Source: Turneriella sp.
GTDB lineage: Bacteria; Spirochaetota; Leptospiria; Turneriellales; Turneriellaceae
Reading direction: 5' to 3'
Assembly: GCA_965279515.1 (NCBI GenBank)
Contig: CBDIID010000003.1
Coordinates: forward strand, 3,584,001-3,648,000
DNA length: 64,000 nt
The notes below the pieces were generated by a model. It saw only the letters and a list, made by a program, of their open reading frames with translations, searched no databases and was not told where the DNA came from. The position numbers and the translations under genes are program-made. Below are positions 18,392-28,360 of the stretch, in pieces. Each line of letters opens with the position of its first letter. The first letter of the stretch is position 1.

Positions 18392-18937
18392 TTAAGACTT
18401 CTTAGCCAGCATTTCGGCGAGCGTCACCATCGTTAGCCAGTTACGCGCGGTACCGGTGACGCCGAGTTTTTTCTCGATGACACTCAGCACGAACTTGCTC
18501 TTGCCGGCGCCGGCGGGATAGACCGCGTAGAACTCGCTGCCCTTCAGCTCGAATTTTTCTCCCGCCTGGCAATAGGTTTTGAGTTCCGTCAGTTTCGGGT
18601 TCTCCGGAGTAGCTGAGAGTAAAAACACATGGAGAAATTTGGGTATCTTTTTCGCCTCGCCGGCATAGGGGTTGGATTTCAGAATTTTGGGCCAGTCTTT
18701 TTCCGTGCGTATAACCACCGGAACTTCGAAGCCAAATTTTTTTTGAATAGCTTTCTCTACTGCCGAGATCATAGGTTTGGTTTCCCATTCATGATATTCA
18801 AACACCACGTTGCCACTTTGGATATAGGTTTCGACGTTCTTGAACTTCAGGCTTTCAAAGAGCTTATTCAGCTCGGCCATCGGTACACGTTTCTGGCCGG
18901 CGACATTGATGCCGCGTAACAGCGCCACGTATTTCAT
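18392..18937 (-). CDS. DUF1697 family protein
   Basis: YVALLRGINVAG, VETYIQSGNVVF and TARNW motifs. Confidence 0.92.
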   Translation of the reverse strand: MKYVALLRGINVAGQKRVPMAELNKLFESLKFKNVETYIQSGNVVFEYHEWETKPMISAVEKAIQKKFGFEVPVVIRTEKDWPKILKSNPYAGEAKKIPKFLHVFLLSATPENPKLTELKTYCQAGEKFELKGSEFYAVYPAGAGKSKFVLSVIEKKLGVTGTARNWLTMVTLAEMLAKKS

Positions 18938-18939
18938 GG

Positions 18940-19338
18940 TTAGGGGAAATAGATCTGCCGGATTTCGATGACACGCTTTTGCGTCGGGTCGAAGCGGAAT
19001 TCGAACGGTGTGTCGCGGCTGAACGGCCAGCCAAAATTTTTGCCGTCGCGCGCCGCGGCGAGGTCTGTGACCGTGGCGTCGACATATTCGCCGGCATTTT
19101 TCAGCAGCTGGATTTTTACATTCTTATCGAGAGTAAAGGTTCGGAGTTTCTTGTTGGCATTGATTATCTCGAAGCCGGCATCACAATTACAGTCCCTGAT
19201 GTCGACAAAATCGAGCACGATGTTCCACGGGCCCACAATCTGCGTCAGTTCATGGATGATGGCGGCCTGCGGTTTTTTCGGTGCAGACCCAAGCGAAAAA
19301 AGTGCCAGCGAAAAAAACGCTAATAGTCGCATTCTCAT
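18940..19338 (-). CDS. Hypothetical secreted protein
   Basis: Signal peptide, CNC motif, ends EIRQIYFP; co-oriented with neighbours. Confidence 0.65.
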   Translation of the reverse strand: MRMRLLAFFSLALFSLGSAPKKPQAAIIHELTQIVGPWNIVLDFVDIRDCNCDAGFEIINANKKLRTFTLDKNVKIQLLKNAGEYVDATVTDLAAARDGKNFGWPFSRDTPFEFRFDPTQKRVIEIRQIYFP

Positions 19339-19348
19339 AGGCTGTATT

Positions 19349-19945
19349 TCAGTATTTCACCGAGCAGCCATAGGCCTTGGTCTCTTTTGTCGAGACGGCT
19401 TTGCCTGCTGCCAGTTCATCCAATGCGGATGACACATAGTTCTGCGAAGTTTTGATGTCAGAGGCATCTTTGCTCGGCGTGCTGTCGATGGCACCCTGGT
19501 ATTGCAGCACACCTGCCGCGTCGATGATGTACATGTGCGGTGTTGTCTTGGCACCGTATGCCTTACCCACAGCACCATCCGGGTCTAAGAGAATTGCATT
19601 TGCGGCGACCTTGCGCTCGGCCGATTTCTTTTTCCAGTCGGCGATGCTGTAACTGCCCTCTTTGCCGGGAGCGGAAGAATTCACGGAAAGCCAGACAATG
19701 CCCTTCGCAGTATACTTGCGCTGCAGATCTTGCATGTTACCCGAGCCATAGTGTTTTTTCACAAACGGGCAGTCATAGTTGACCCATTCGAGCACGACAG
19801 TCTTGCCCTTGTAATCGGCGAGGCTGTGCGTTTTGCCGTTGATATCCCTGAGACCCGCGAAGGCCGGCGCCGGAGCTCCCGTGTCGACCGCAGCAAGCTG
19901 AAAGGCAGCGATAAAAAGAGCCGTGAATACAAAATTCTTTTTCAT
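19349..19945 (-). CDS. Redoxin / thioredoxin-like (AhpC/TSA) protein
   Basis: VLEWVNYDCPFVKKHY, YGAKTTPHMY, YQGAIDS and YGCSVKY motifs. Confidence 0.92.
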   Translation of the reverse strand: MKKNFVFTALFIAAFQLAAVDTGAPAPAFAGLRDINGKTHSLADYKGKTVVLEWVNYDCPFVKKHYGSGNMQDLQRKYTAKGIVWLSVNSSAPGKEGSYSIADWKKKSAERKVAANAILLDPDGAVGKAYGAKTTPHMYIIDAAGVLQYQGAIDSTPSKDASDIKTSQNYVSSALDELAAGKAVSTKETKAYGCSVKY

Positions 19946-19960
19946 TTTTTCTCCTTAAAA

Positions 19961-21943
19961 TTAGTTCGTCAGATTCTGGATATTTTCGAGCATCATGCCT
20001 TCTGTTAAGACCTGCGGCAAAAGCCGGAGGTTCCCTTGTTTGTCGTAAAAGGCATAGACCGGCACACCTGCACGGCCAAGGCGGGTGAGCTCGGCGGCGA
20101 TTATGTCATCGAGGTTGGTAAAATCTGCCTTGAAGAGTGACACGCCGCGCCCGGCAAAAGCCTTCATGACCTTTTCAGTAAAGGCGACCTGTTCATTGAC
20201 TTTGCAGCTCAGGCACCATTCGGCTGTAAAATCGATGAATACGGGCCTCTTTAAGGCCAGTTCGGCATCACGCGCCGCCGGGGAAAAATTGCGCCAGATA
20301 CCGGCTTCGGCATTCGTTTTTTCCGCCGGGGTTAATCCCACTATCGTAAAGCGGATGGCAAAACCCAATGCCAAAACCATAACAATGTACCGAAAGATTT
20401 TGACGGGTAGCCGCGCCGGGGCCACCTGGTGTTTGCCATAGATATAAAGAAAGAACGCAAAGATGAGGATGGCCGTCAGGAGCGAAAACGCGGCGTTTGT
20501 GAGCGCGGCGAAAACCCAGATGAGCCAGAGCGCCGAGCCCGCCATCATGAAGCCGAGCACACCTTTAAAGGTGATCAGCCACGCGCCGGGGCGCGGCAAC
20601 ATTTTACCCGCGCGCGGAAAAACCGCGATGAGCAAAAACGGCAGCGCCATACCGAGGCCGAGCAGCGGAAACATCAGAAAGCCGGCGGCGGCAGGCAGTG
20701 TGAGTGCGGCGCCGAGTGCGCTCGCCATAAAGGGCGCAGTGCAGGGCGTTGCGGCAATGACGGCAATGACCCCGGTCATCGCTTCGCCGATCGCGGGGCG
20801 GGTATTGAGCGCCGGCACGCGGATTTCGAAAACACCAAAAAGATTCAGCGCCATTGCAGCAAAGAGGAATGCCATTGCGGCGATGAACATCGGGTTCTGC
20901 ATTTGAAAACCCCAGCCGACCATCTGGCCGCTGGCGCGCAGAATCAGGAACAGTGCGCCGACCGCGCTGAAGGCGCCGATGACGCCGAGGGTGTAAGGCA
21001 GTGCATGACCCCACCCCGCCTTCGGCACCCCTCCCCTATTAGGGGAGGGGTTGGGGTGGGGTTTTGCATTCGCCAGCGACATAGCCTTGAGTGATAAAAC
21101 CGGCAGTACACAGGGCATAAAATTCAGCAGCAGCCCACCTAAGACAGCGAAGAGAAAAAATAATGCCACGGGCGTTTCATCGCCCGCTTGCGGCAAGGCT
21201 ACCGTATAGTGTGACCACGTATCTTTATCACGGATAGAGAGCAGTAAGCCGTCGCTGCGTTTCTTGCCTGTGGGAAATTCCAGCTGAAGTGCCTTACCAT
21301 CGATCACGGCTTTCGGTGCCGCAATGTCGACTTGTCCCAATGGATCGGCTATGGCGAGGACTTCGAGTGGCGCAACGGGGAGACACATGACAAAACGGTC
21401 AGCGGAGAGTTTTTCAATTTCAAAGGGCGATGGCCGGGGCAAGGCAGCACGCGTCTTGCTGAAAAAAATAACCTCATCGCTATCGCCGGTGCTTTTATCG
21501 GCGCTCTTTACGGGCAGCGAAAATGCCCCACCCGCTGGAATGCAGGACTCGCGGCATTCGAGGTAGTCAAGCTTGCCGGCAATTTTTCCCGCCGTCAGCG
21601 TGACGGGCACGAGCAAGACAACACGGTCGTGATACCCGTAAGATGTCAGCGGCGGCGCGACAATTTTTTCGGGCGGCGGGTAAACGATGTTGCCAAAGAC
21701 AATATCGGCGCCTGCGGGCTTGAGTGTCGCCGCGACGCCGCTGTCGCCGGGGTTCTTGTAATACGTGTGCCAGCCTTTGTCGAGGTCGATCTCCACAGCG
21801 ATGAAAAATTCTTCACCGGGTTTTGTCTCTAACCGCTCACTGCGCAGCTGGACTTTGCTGTGCAGGCCGCCGGGCCCCCGGAATGTTTTTGCGGTGAGCG
21901 CCGTCGCGAGAGACAGGAAAAACAAAACAAAGCACAAGCGCAT
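19961..21943 (-). CDS. dsbD: Thiol:disulfide interchange protein DsbD, carrying a palindromic segment
   Basis: WHTYYKNPGDSG, CRESC, LNFMPCVLPV, ATPCTAPF and FTAEWCLSCKVNE motifs; likely start MRLCF at 21943. Confidence 0.9.
   Translation of the reverse strand: MRLCFVLFFLSLATALTAKTFRGPGGLHSKVQLRSERLETKPGEEFFIAVEIDLDKGWHTYYKNPGDSGVAATLKPAGADIVFGNIVYPPPEKIVAPPLTSYGYHDRVVLLVPVTLTAGKIAGKLDYLECRESCIPAGGAFSLPVKSADKSTGDSDEVIFFSKTRAALPRPSPFEIEKLSADRFVMCLPVAPLEVLAIADPLGQVDIAAPKAVIDGKALQLEFPTGKKRSDGLLLSIRDKDTWSHYTVALPQAGDETPVALFFLFAVLGGLLLNFMPCVLPVLSLKAMSLANAKPHPNPSPNRGGVPKAGWGHALPYTLGVIGAFSAVGALFLILRASGQMVGWGFQMQNPMFIAAMAFLFAAMALNLFGVFEIRVPALNTRPAIGEAMTGVIAVIAATPCTAPFMASALGAALTLPAAAGFLMFPLLGLGMALPFLLIAVFPRAGKMLPRPGAWLITFKGVLGFMMAGSALWLIWVFAALTNAAFSLLTAILIFAFFLYIYGKHQVAPARLPVKIFRYIVMVLALGFAIRFTIVGLTPAEKTNAEAGIWRNFSPAARDAELALKRPVFIDFTAEWCLSCKVNEQVAFTEKVMKAFAGRGVSLFKADFTNLDDIIAAELTRLGRAGVPVYAFYDKQGNLRLLPQVLTEGMMLENIQNLTN
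21008..21062. repeat. Short palindromic element (family A), read in frame within dsbD
   Basis: ACCCCACCCC-GCCTTCGGC-ACCCCTCCCCTATTAGGGGAGGGGT-T-GGGGTGGGGT; related to 35981.. and 61258.. Confidence 0.85.
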
Positions 21944-21986
21944 CGTGAATAATATACGTCGCCGTTGTACAGGAGACAAGTTTTCG

Positions 21987-22982
21987 CTATCCCTGCTTTC
22001 GGATCCAATCGCGGAGATAAGTCCTGAAGTCCCGGAAGCGGATGCCCAGCTCGCGCTGCGCCTTCGCGTTGCTGTAAAAGGAAAACCGGCTGGAGGCGCG
22101 TACCATTTCCGCGGTAAAGGGTGGTTCTTTTTGTAAAAATTCAAAACCCCGCTCGGCGAGCCTGGCGAGAAATTCTGTCGGCCCTGCGATGAGCGGAACC
22201 AGGGGCGCTGTGACACCCAGTTCCCCGGCGATGAAAGCAAACAGGGCGTGGTAGGTCATATTCTCCGCGCCGAGCACGTAGCGCTCGCCGATGCGGCCCT
22301 TTGTCATCGCCGCGATGTGGCCATCCACCACATCTTCGAGCGCGACGCAGTTCGTACCGCCCACCGGGTAGGTCGGCATCTGACCGTTACGGATGAGCTC
22401 GATGTAACGGTTGGCATTCATGGGCGGCACAGGCGACGCTGACGTCTGGCCGAAGGCTATTGTGGAATACCCGTTGCCGCCAAAGATTGTTCCGGGATTT
22501 ACAATTGTGGCGGGCAGCTTCTGTTCACGCACCATGCGCAGTACCAGCTGTTCGGCCTCGTACTTCGTTTCCATGTAACTGATGTCAAGCGGCGCCCAGT
22601 TATAAGGCGTGTCTTCATCGCCTGTCTCATTCTCTGTTGCAACGAAGCCGAGGGTATTGATCGTGCTGGTGTAGACAACCTTGGGGATGCCCTGCGTGAG
22701 TGCCGCGGCCATGACATTGCGGGTGCCTTCGACATTGATACGCCGCTGCGCCGGGCGTTTGTTTTTCGAGAAGCCGACCACGGCGGCGACATGGAAAATG
22801 CCTTCGACACCGTTCACGGCGGTATTTACCGTGGCCGCGGAAAGAATATCGCCCCTCAGGTACTCGCAGTCGAGATCGCCGCGGCGGGTATCGAGTATGC
22901 GCACGCGGTGGCCAGAGGCAATAAGCGCGCGGCAGAGCGCGGCCCCCAGATATCCGTTGCCGCCCGTGACGAGGTAGCGCAT
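21987..22982 (-). CDS. NAD-dependent epimerase/dehydratase (HpnA-like)
   Basis: LVTGGNGYLG, YMETK and KGRIGERYVLG motifs. Confidence 0.9.
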   Translation of the reverse strand: MRYLVTGGNGYLGAALCRALIASGHRVRILDTRRGDLDCEYLRGDILSAATVNTAVNGVEGIFHVAAVVGFSKNKRPAQRRINVEGTRNVMAAALTQGIPKVVYTSTINTLGFVATENETGDEDTPYNWAPLDISYMETKYEAEQLVLRMVREQKLPATIVNPGTIFGGNGYSTIAFGQTSASPVPPMNANRYIELIRNGQMPTYPVGGTNCVALEDVVDGHIAAMTKGRIGERYVLGAENMTYHALFAFIAGELGVTAPLVPLIAGPTEFLARLAERGFEFLQKEPPFTAEMVRASSRFSFYSNAKAQRELGIRFRDFRTYLRDWIRKQG

Positions 22983-23077
22983 GGCCGTCGTTGACGGGCC
23001 ATAACCCGCCGCATAGATAAATCCGGCGGAATCATACCACTTGACTTACTATGTCGTTTTGCGGCAGGGACAAGTCA

Positions 23078-23440
23078 ATGCTCGATAAGATCAAGGGGCT
23101 GAGTTATACCATAACCGACGAGACAGGGCTCAGCGTTGTGCATTTGGTGGGCGACCTCAATATGTTTTCGGCGCCCGACCTGAGAACGAGTCTCGTGAAG
23201 AAACTCGAAGGCGGGGTGAAACGTTTTATTTTTGACCTGACGCAGCTGGCTTTTGTCGATTCTTCAGGTATAGGTATTCTCGTGAGTTTTGTCAGCATGA
23301 CTAAGAAAACCGAAGGCGGCAAGGTCATTCTCTGCGGCCTCAACCCCCAGATACGCAATATCTTTGAAGTCACCCGCCTGCTGTCGGTTTTCACGGTGGT
23401 CGAAGACATCACAGTGGCACGCGAGGCGATGGCGGCGTAG
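23078..23440 (+). CDS. STAS-domain anti-sigma factor antagonist
   Basis: GDLNMFSAPDLR, FVDSSGIGILV and IFEVTRL motifs. Confidence 0.9.
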   Translation: MLDKIKGLSYTITDETGLSVVHLVGDLNMFSAPDLRTSLVKKLEGGVKRFIFDLTQLAFVDSSGIGILVSFVSMTKKTEGGKVILCGLNPQIRNIFEVTRLLSVFTVVEDITVAREAMAA

Positions 23441-23443
23441 GCG

Positions 23444-23821
23444 ATGGAGATCACGATTTTTGCCGTTATGGAAGAAACTCTTAAAAAAGCGCTGAAAACG
23501 GGCATTGAGACCTTGATCTCGGTGACCGAAGAAGTGCGCCACGGCCTGACCGTGCTCGATAAAGATATTCAGGAACTCAGCCGCCGCGTGAAAGATTCGA
23601 ACACTGCTGAGAAAGCCAACGAAAAGCTCGACGAACTCATCGATAAATCTGTCTCTGCGATACGCGACTATGAGCGCCGCGCAACCGAGATCAGCCAAAA
23701 GGTGCAGCAGCATCTCTCTGAGGTAGACCCTATGGCGCGCCAAAGCGTCGAAGAACTTTCGGAGAAACTGAACGCCCTGGCCAAAAGCCTCTCCGGACGC
23801 GAGCCCTCCCAAAAAGCCTAA
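23444..23821 (+). CDS. Hypothetical coiled-coil (phasin-like) protein
   Basis: Amphipathic helical Glu/Lys-rich ORF co-oriented with neighbours. Confidence 0.6.
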   Translation: MEITIFAVMEETLKKALKTGIETLISVTEEVRHGLTVLDKDIQELSRRVKDSNTAEKANEKLDELIDKSVSAIRDYERRATEISQKVQQHLSEVDPMARQSVEELSEKLNALAKSLSGREPSQKA

Positions 23822-23874
23822 AAAAGCGGCCCTAAACCGTCGATACTCTCCCAGATAGGGGCGTCTAATACACC

Positions 23875-25416
23875 ATGCAATTCCGACAAATCCTTCCTTA
23901 CGTATGTGCTTTTACCCTGCTTTCAGGGCTTTCGGCGCAGAACCAGAAGGTGAGCAGCAAAGACATCGCGGCCGAGGTCGATAAGCTCAACTGGGAGGGC
24001 ATCGATCTCTCGAATGATGCGCGTTACCGTGACGCCGCTGACCGTTTCCAGAAGGCCATCACCCTCGATGACACGCGCGCCGCGCGTTCGTACCACAATG
24101 TCGCCTATACCTATGAGCTGACCGGGGACAAAAACAAGGCGCTCGAGAGTTACCAGAAGGCGGTGCAGCGTAACCCCCGGCAAACCATCTCGTGGCAGAG
24201 CCTGGGTAAGATGCAGTATTCGATGGGCCTCTATAAAGATGCCGTAATTTCGGGTGAGACAACGCTGAAACTCGACCCACGCAACGTGCCGGTACAGAAA
24301 TGGCTGCCCGACGCCTATGCAAAACTCGCCGAGCAGAAGATGTATGACGCGCGCAACGATTATACCGGCGATGCGGCGACGAACCCCAACTGCGAGGCGC
24401 GCCCCGAAGTCATCGCCGAGGTCGGCACGCACTTCACGGCCATCGGCGCTATCGACAAACAATCGACGGCATTTAACTATTACCAGCCGCAGGGTTTATT
24501 AAAATCTGTCGCCGGCGTCTACGCGGAGTTCCATCCGCTGCGCGAGCTGACATTCCGCCTGAACGGCAAAACGCCCTATTTTGGTATTCTGCAGCCGAAT
24601 TTTTATGCCGGCCAGCAAAATATCGAGATGCAATATAACTTCAAGTACCTGTTTGTGGGCGGCGGCATTCTCTTCAGCCAGATCAATGTCGGTAGCAGCA
24701 CGATTCCGCCGCAGACAACTTCGTACATCCAGAACACCGACTACACTTCGCTTTCCGATACAAAGTTTGGCCTCTTCATCGGCGGGCGCGACGAGCTCAA
24801 CTATTTCATTTTGAAGATCTATCCACGTTACCTGTTCCGCGACGATACTTCAGGGCCGAAGAGCAGCAGCTTCGACGTCGTGAAGATTGATCTCGAATAC
24901 CGCCGCAACCTGCGCCTGAGTATCGGTACGGTCGTCGACGAGAAACAGCCGATCAGCAAGGGGCCGTTCACCGACATCATTGTCAAGGTCGGCATCGACG
25001 AAGTTTACATCACCGAATTTAAGCCCGTGACCGGCACTGACGCGGTCGGCCACTACTTCGGTACCTACGACTTTTCGATCGGTATGGAGTTCGGTAAGCT
25101 GCAGCGCGAATTCGACAAGATCGGTTTTACCTACGGCTTCTTGCTGACCGAGCGCCTTTACTTCCAGGATACCAACAACACCAACCTGACAGGCTTCGGC
25201 AACGGCCAGGGTTACTTCGGCCTCAACACCAGCGGCGCGGCAACCGGTAATGCCTTCTCCTCATTCCGCAACACATCGTTCATTGTGACAGCCTTTTCAG
25301 CGCAGATGTTTAAAAACCGCTACATACTGCGTGAAAAACTGTTCTTCGAATCCACACCGGGTTCCGAGCGTAACCATGCGATTGGTTTGCAGGTCGCTTT
25401 TGGCGTAAGGTTTTAG
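23875..25416 (+). CDS. TPR-containing outer-membrane protein
   Basis: Signal peptide, N-terminal TPRs, barrel-like C-terminus ending FGVRF. Confidence 0.75.
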   Translation: MQFRQILPYVCAFTLLSGLSAQNQKVSSKDIAAEVDKLNWEGIDLSNDARYRDAADRFQKAITLDDTRAARSYHNVAYTYELTGDKNKALESYQKAVQRNPRQTISWQSLGKMQYSMGLYKDAVISGETTLKLDPRNVPVQKWLPDAYAKLAEQKMYDARNDYTGDAATNPNCEARPEVIAEVGTHFTAIGAIDKQSTAFNYYQPQGLLKSVAGVYAEFHPLRELTFRLNGKTPYFGILQPNFYAGQQNIEMQYNFKYLFVGGGILFSQINVGSSTIPPQTTSYIQNTDYTSLSDTKFGLFIGGRDELNYFILKIYPRYLFRDDTSGPKSSSFDVVKIDLEYRRNLRLSIGTVVDEKQPISKGPFTDIIVKVGIDEVYITEFKPVTGTDAVGHYFGTYDFSIGMEFGKLQREFDKIGFTYGFLLTERLYFQDTNNTNLTGFGNGQGYFGLNTSGAATGNAFSSFRNTSFIVTAFSAQMFKNRYILREKLFFESTPGSERNHAIGLQVAFGVRF

Positions 25417-25419
25417 TTC

Positions 25420-26430
25420 ATGAGGGGGATGTCCTGCGTCCCCCGTTTAGCGTTTCTGCTTGCGGTATCGTTTTTATTTCTTGGGGTTTTCGCTCCTTCC
25501 GTTTTCAGCCAGCCCGTCACCGACGGGTCGCAAGAAGGGCCATCCATGGCCGCGACACCGCCAGACGCCTCCATGCGCACTGCAGAAGATTTTCTCGAGC
25601 GGGCGCGCGAACATTTTGAGCGCCGCCGGTTTTTGAACACACTCGATTCGCTGCGTGTCGTGCTCGATATGACGAAGAACGACGATGCCCGGCAAAACCG
25701 CACAAAATACGAAGCCGAGATTCTTGCGGGGGAATCGCTCAAAGCGCTTGGCCGCATAGAGGAAGCAGCGAATATGTTTGAGCGCGCCCTGGTGCATGGT
25801 TACAACGAAAAGACCGTCTATGCATTCTTAGCGAATTATTTCGATAAACATAAGCGGTTCGATGTCGCAAGGGATTATTACGAAAAATACTACCAGATCG
25901 ATAAGACCGATGTCGCCATGCACATCAGGTATGCCGCGCTGTTAGGCCGCCTGAAACGCCGCGACGAAGCAAAACAGGTGCTCGAGGGTATTCAGCCCCG
26001 GGCTGTACCGCAGAAAAGCGAAGAGTGCGAAAAGTTAGAACAGCAGCGGAAGATACGCCAGGCCGCCCAATGTTTCAAAATCGTCCGCGAAGCACAGCCC
26101 GACCGCGAGCGCAATTATCTCGGCGTCTACCGCACGGCGCTGGCGCTCAAAGACAAGGTGCTGTTGCAGGAAAGTACGGAGTGGCTGTATTTTATCTTCG
26201 GCAGCGATCCGCGTTATATCTGGCCGCTCATCGAACTCAAACTCACGCAGAAAAAATTCTATGATGCCCGGCTGTTGCTCGAAGAGATCATCCGCATCCG
26301 CGGCAAAGATTCAGACGCCGAACGCCTGCTGGCAAATCTGCAGGTCCAGGCAGGCCCCGCGATGGAAAAGCCGTTCCGCGCGACCCGCAAAGAGATGCAG
26401 ATGTTGAATCTGGAATCGATGCCCAAGTAA
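25420..26430 (+). CDS. TPR-containing exported protein
   Basis: Signal peptide and TPR-like helical repeats. Confidence 0.7.
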   Translation: MRGMSCVPRLAFLLAVSFLFLGVFAPSVFSQPVTDGSQEGPSMAATPPDASMRTAEDFLERAREHFERRRFLNTLDSLRVVLDMTKNDDARQNRTKYEAEILAGESLKALGRIEEAANMFERALVHGYNEKTVYAFLANYFDKHKRFDVARDYYEKYYQIDKTDVAMHIRYAALLGRLKRRDEAKQVLEGIQPRAVPQKSEECEKLEQQRKIRQAAQCFKIVREAQPDRERNYLGVYRTALALKDKVLLQESTEWLYFIFGSDPRYIWPLIELKLTQKKFYDARLLLEEIIRIRGKDSDAERLLANLQVQAGPAMEKPFRATRKEMQMLNLESMPK

Positions 26431-26519
26431 GCGTAATCTATTTCGCGGTAGGCGATATCTATTTCAGTTTGCGTCCTGTCGGGAAGGCGGGTGCTGCCCA
26501 AAACCAGATGAGGTCTATC

Positions 26520-27092
26520 ATGAAAAAATCGATACTATCCGTCATTTTATTTTCCGCCATGCCGCTATGGGCCGAAACGACCGAAGATTTCGCAAAAGTT
26601 CAGGGCGGTAAGGTCGGTATGGATATCCATATCGGTCTCAACCAGGCATCTACCGGAGCGATCATCCATATTACACCAGGCCTTGCCATCAATCCGTATT
26701 TTCTCTATTACAACTTTGAGGGAACGAATACGGGGAGCGCCTACACCACGAGTAAAAACCAATACTTTGGTGGTGGTGCATTCGTGCCTTTCTATCTGGT
26801 CCGCGTAGAAAATCTGCACATTAAGTTCATGCCTGGGTTTAGCTACGCGAAAGGCACCCAAGTCGACCCGAGCAGCAGTTCGCCATACAGTAACGAAACC
26901 GCAACGACGCGGGTAAATTTTCAGGTGTTTCTCGGTTTGCAGTACGCATTAAGCAAACACCTGCATGTGATTGGCGAAACAGGGTTAAATTATACGCAGT
27001 ACAGGGCGTCGGATCCGACGTCGGGCGCATATACTACGAAATTGTGGAATCTCTACAGCGGCAACATCGGCCTGATTTTCTACTTTAACTAA
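26520..27092 (+). CDS. Small outer-membrane beta-barrel protein
   Basis: MKKSILS signal peptide with RBS; strands ending GLIFYFN. Confidence 0.75.
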   Translation: MKKSILSVILFSAMPLWAETTEDFAKVQGGKVGMDIHIGLNQASTGAIIHITPGLAINPYFLYYNFEGTNTGSAYTTSKNQYFGGGAFVPFYLVRVENLHIKFMPGFSYAKGTQVDPSSSSPYSNETATTRVNFQVFLGLQYALSKHLHVIGETGLNYTQYRASDPTSGAYTTKLWNLYSGNIGLIFYFN

Positions 27093-27230
27093 TTAGTGGG
27101 TAGGATTATCAAAACTACTAAGATCACGGCTGCCGTGGACTACCGCGTAGCTTGGGGAATCATAAGCGATGTGCTTCTTTATGTTTTCGAGATCGTGGGC
27201 TGCTTCGCGCGACCAGACAATTTCTTTCAT
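27093..27230 (-). pseudogene. Internally deleted RelE/ParE toxin
   Basis: MKEIVWSREAAHDLENIKKHIAYDSPSYA fused directly to VVHGSRDL; 45 aa; ATGA overlap with the antitoxin. Confidence 0.8.
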
Positions 27231-27403
27231 GAATGGAGAATTTTTCTTTTTAAATCCTCATGAGAAACAACATTACCGTCATCAAAATCCTTAATACCTT
27301 TTTGAACTTTCTGCCTAACGGAAAGAGAGTACATGATGTCTTCCCACTGCGCATCCTCGGCCAGAGATTGGATGGCTTCGATGGCTGTCGCCTTGTTCGT
27401 CAT
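27227..27403 (-). CDS. Putative antitoxin of a ParE-type module
   Basis: MTNKATAIEAIQSLAEDAQWEDIMY...GIKDFDDGNVVSHED; coupled to the toxin remnant. Confidence 0.75.
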   Translation of the reverse strand: MTNKATAIEAIQSLAEDAQWEDIMYSLSVRQKVQKGIKDFDDGNVVSHEDLKRKILHS

Positions 27404-27407
27404 ACGA

Positions 27408-27764
27408 TTATTTCGCCGGGAAAAGATTCTGCCGGCCGCGCTCGGCGAACAGCAGGTAGAAACGCGCGCCGCCGTCCTGCGGAAACGCGGCAAGGTGAAT
27501 TGCGAACGGCTGGATGGTGACGATCTGCCCGGGATAAACGTCGATAATATCTTCTTCGATAATGAGGCGCATCATGCCCTCGAGCACCAGAATCGTTTCG
27601 GTAAATGCATGCGCGTGGTAGGGCACCATCGTGCCCTGCTCATTGTGCATTTCGTAGATTTTGTAGTCTTTAATCAGCAGCGACTTGAGAAACTTCATCA
27701 GCTCCACTTCGCTGCCGAAGATGCGCCGGGAGTCCTGAATGTCGTAGTACTGCGTTGCCATCAC
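27408..27764 (-). CDS. Cupin-domain protein
   Basis: [13 protein letters not shown] and [13 protein letters not shown] motifs. Confidence 0.85.
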   Translation of the reverse strand: MMATQYYDIQDSRRIFGSEVELMKFLKSLLIKDYKIYEMHNEQGTMVPYHAHAFTETILVLEGMMRLIIEEDIIDVYPGQIVTIQPFAIHLAAFPQDGGARFYLLFAERGRQNLFPAK

Positions 27765-28360
27765 TCTACCACTATAGGACGATTCTTCTCCTCAATTATG
27801 GCCAATTTTTCGCGGACTTCTGCACGCCGCTCTTCAACCGTCTGCGAGCGCAGTTTTTTCTGAAGCTGCATAATGGCTTCGAGAATTGCTTCGGGGCGCG
27901 GCGGGCAGCCCGGCACATAGACGTCGACCGGCATGATACGGTCGATACCCTGCAACACCGCATAGGTGTGAAACATGCCGCCCGATGAGGCGCAGGCGCC
28001 GACCGAAACGACATAACGCGGGTCGGCGAGCTGTTCGTAAATATTGCGCAATACCGGTGCCATCTTGTAGGTGATTGTGCCGAGCACGAGAATCATGTCG
28101 GCCTGGCGGGGTGAAAAAGACGGGCGTTCGGCGCCAAAACGCGCAATGTCGAAATCCGACGAGCTGGCGGCCATGTATTCAATACCGCAGCAGGCTGTCG
28201 CGAAGGGGAAAGGCCAAAGCGAGTAGGATTGCCCCCAGCTGATAAAATCGTCGAGTGCGCCGACAATAAAGCTCTGGTCAAACTGGCCTTTTTCAGGCGT
28301 AGCAGATTTTGCGGTAAAGCGATTCGGTACAGTTTCGGTGATCAACTCGGATCCTCCCAA
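27761..28360 (-). CDS. nuoB: NADH-quinone oxidoreductase subunit B
   Basis: [22 protein letters not shown] and VPGCPPRPE motifs. Confidence 0.95.
   Translation of the reverse strand: MGGSELITETVPNRFTAKSATPEKGQFDQSFIVGALDDFISWGQSYSLWPFPFATACCGIEYMAASSSDFDIARFGAERPSFSPRQADMILVLGTITYKMAPVLRNIYEQLADPRYVVSVGACASSGGMFHTYAVLQGIDRIMPVDVYVPGCPPRPEAILEAIMQLQKKLRSQTVEERRAEVREKLAIIEEKNRPIVVE

Noticed and set aside
21944..22240. Long N-terminal extensions given by the ORF track (dsbD, ADH, fliO, htpG, 1261..2070)
   Set aside because: They overlap neighbouring genes; downstream starts give proper signal peptides or family N-termini.
22430..22480. Possible degenerate palindromic insertion in the epimerase gene (GCCGAAGGC)
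   Set aside because: Only a 3-bp GAA hairpin is visible; too weak without ortholog alignment.
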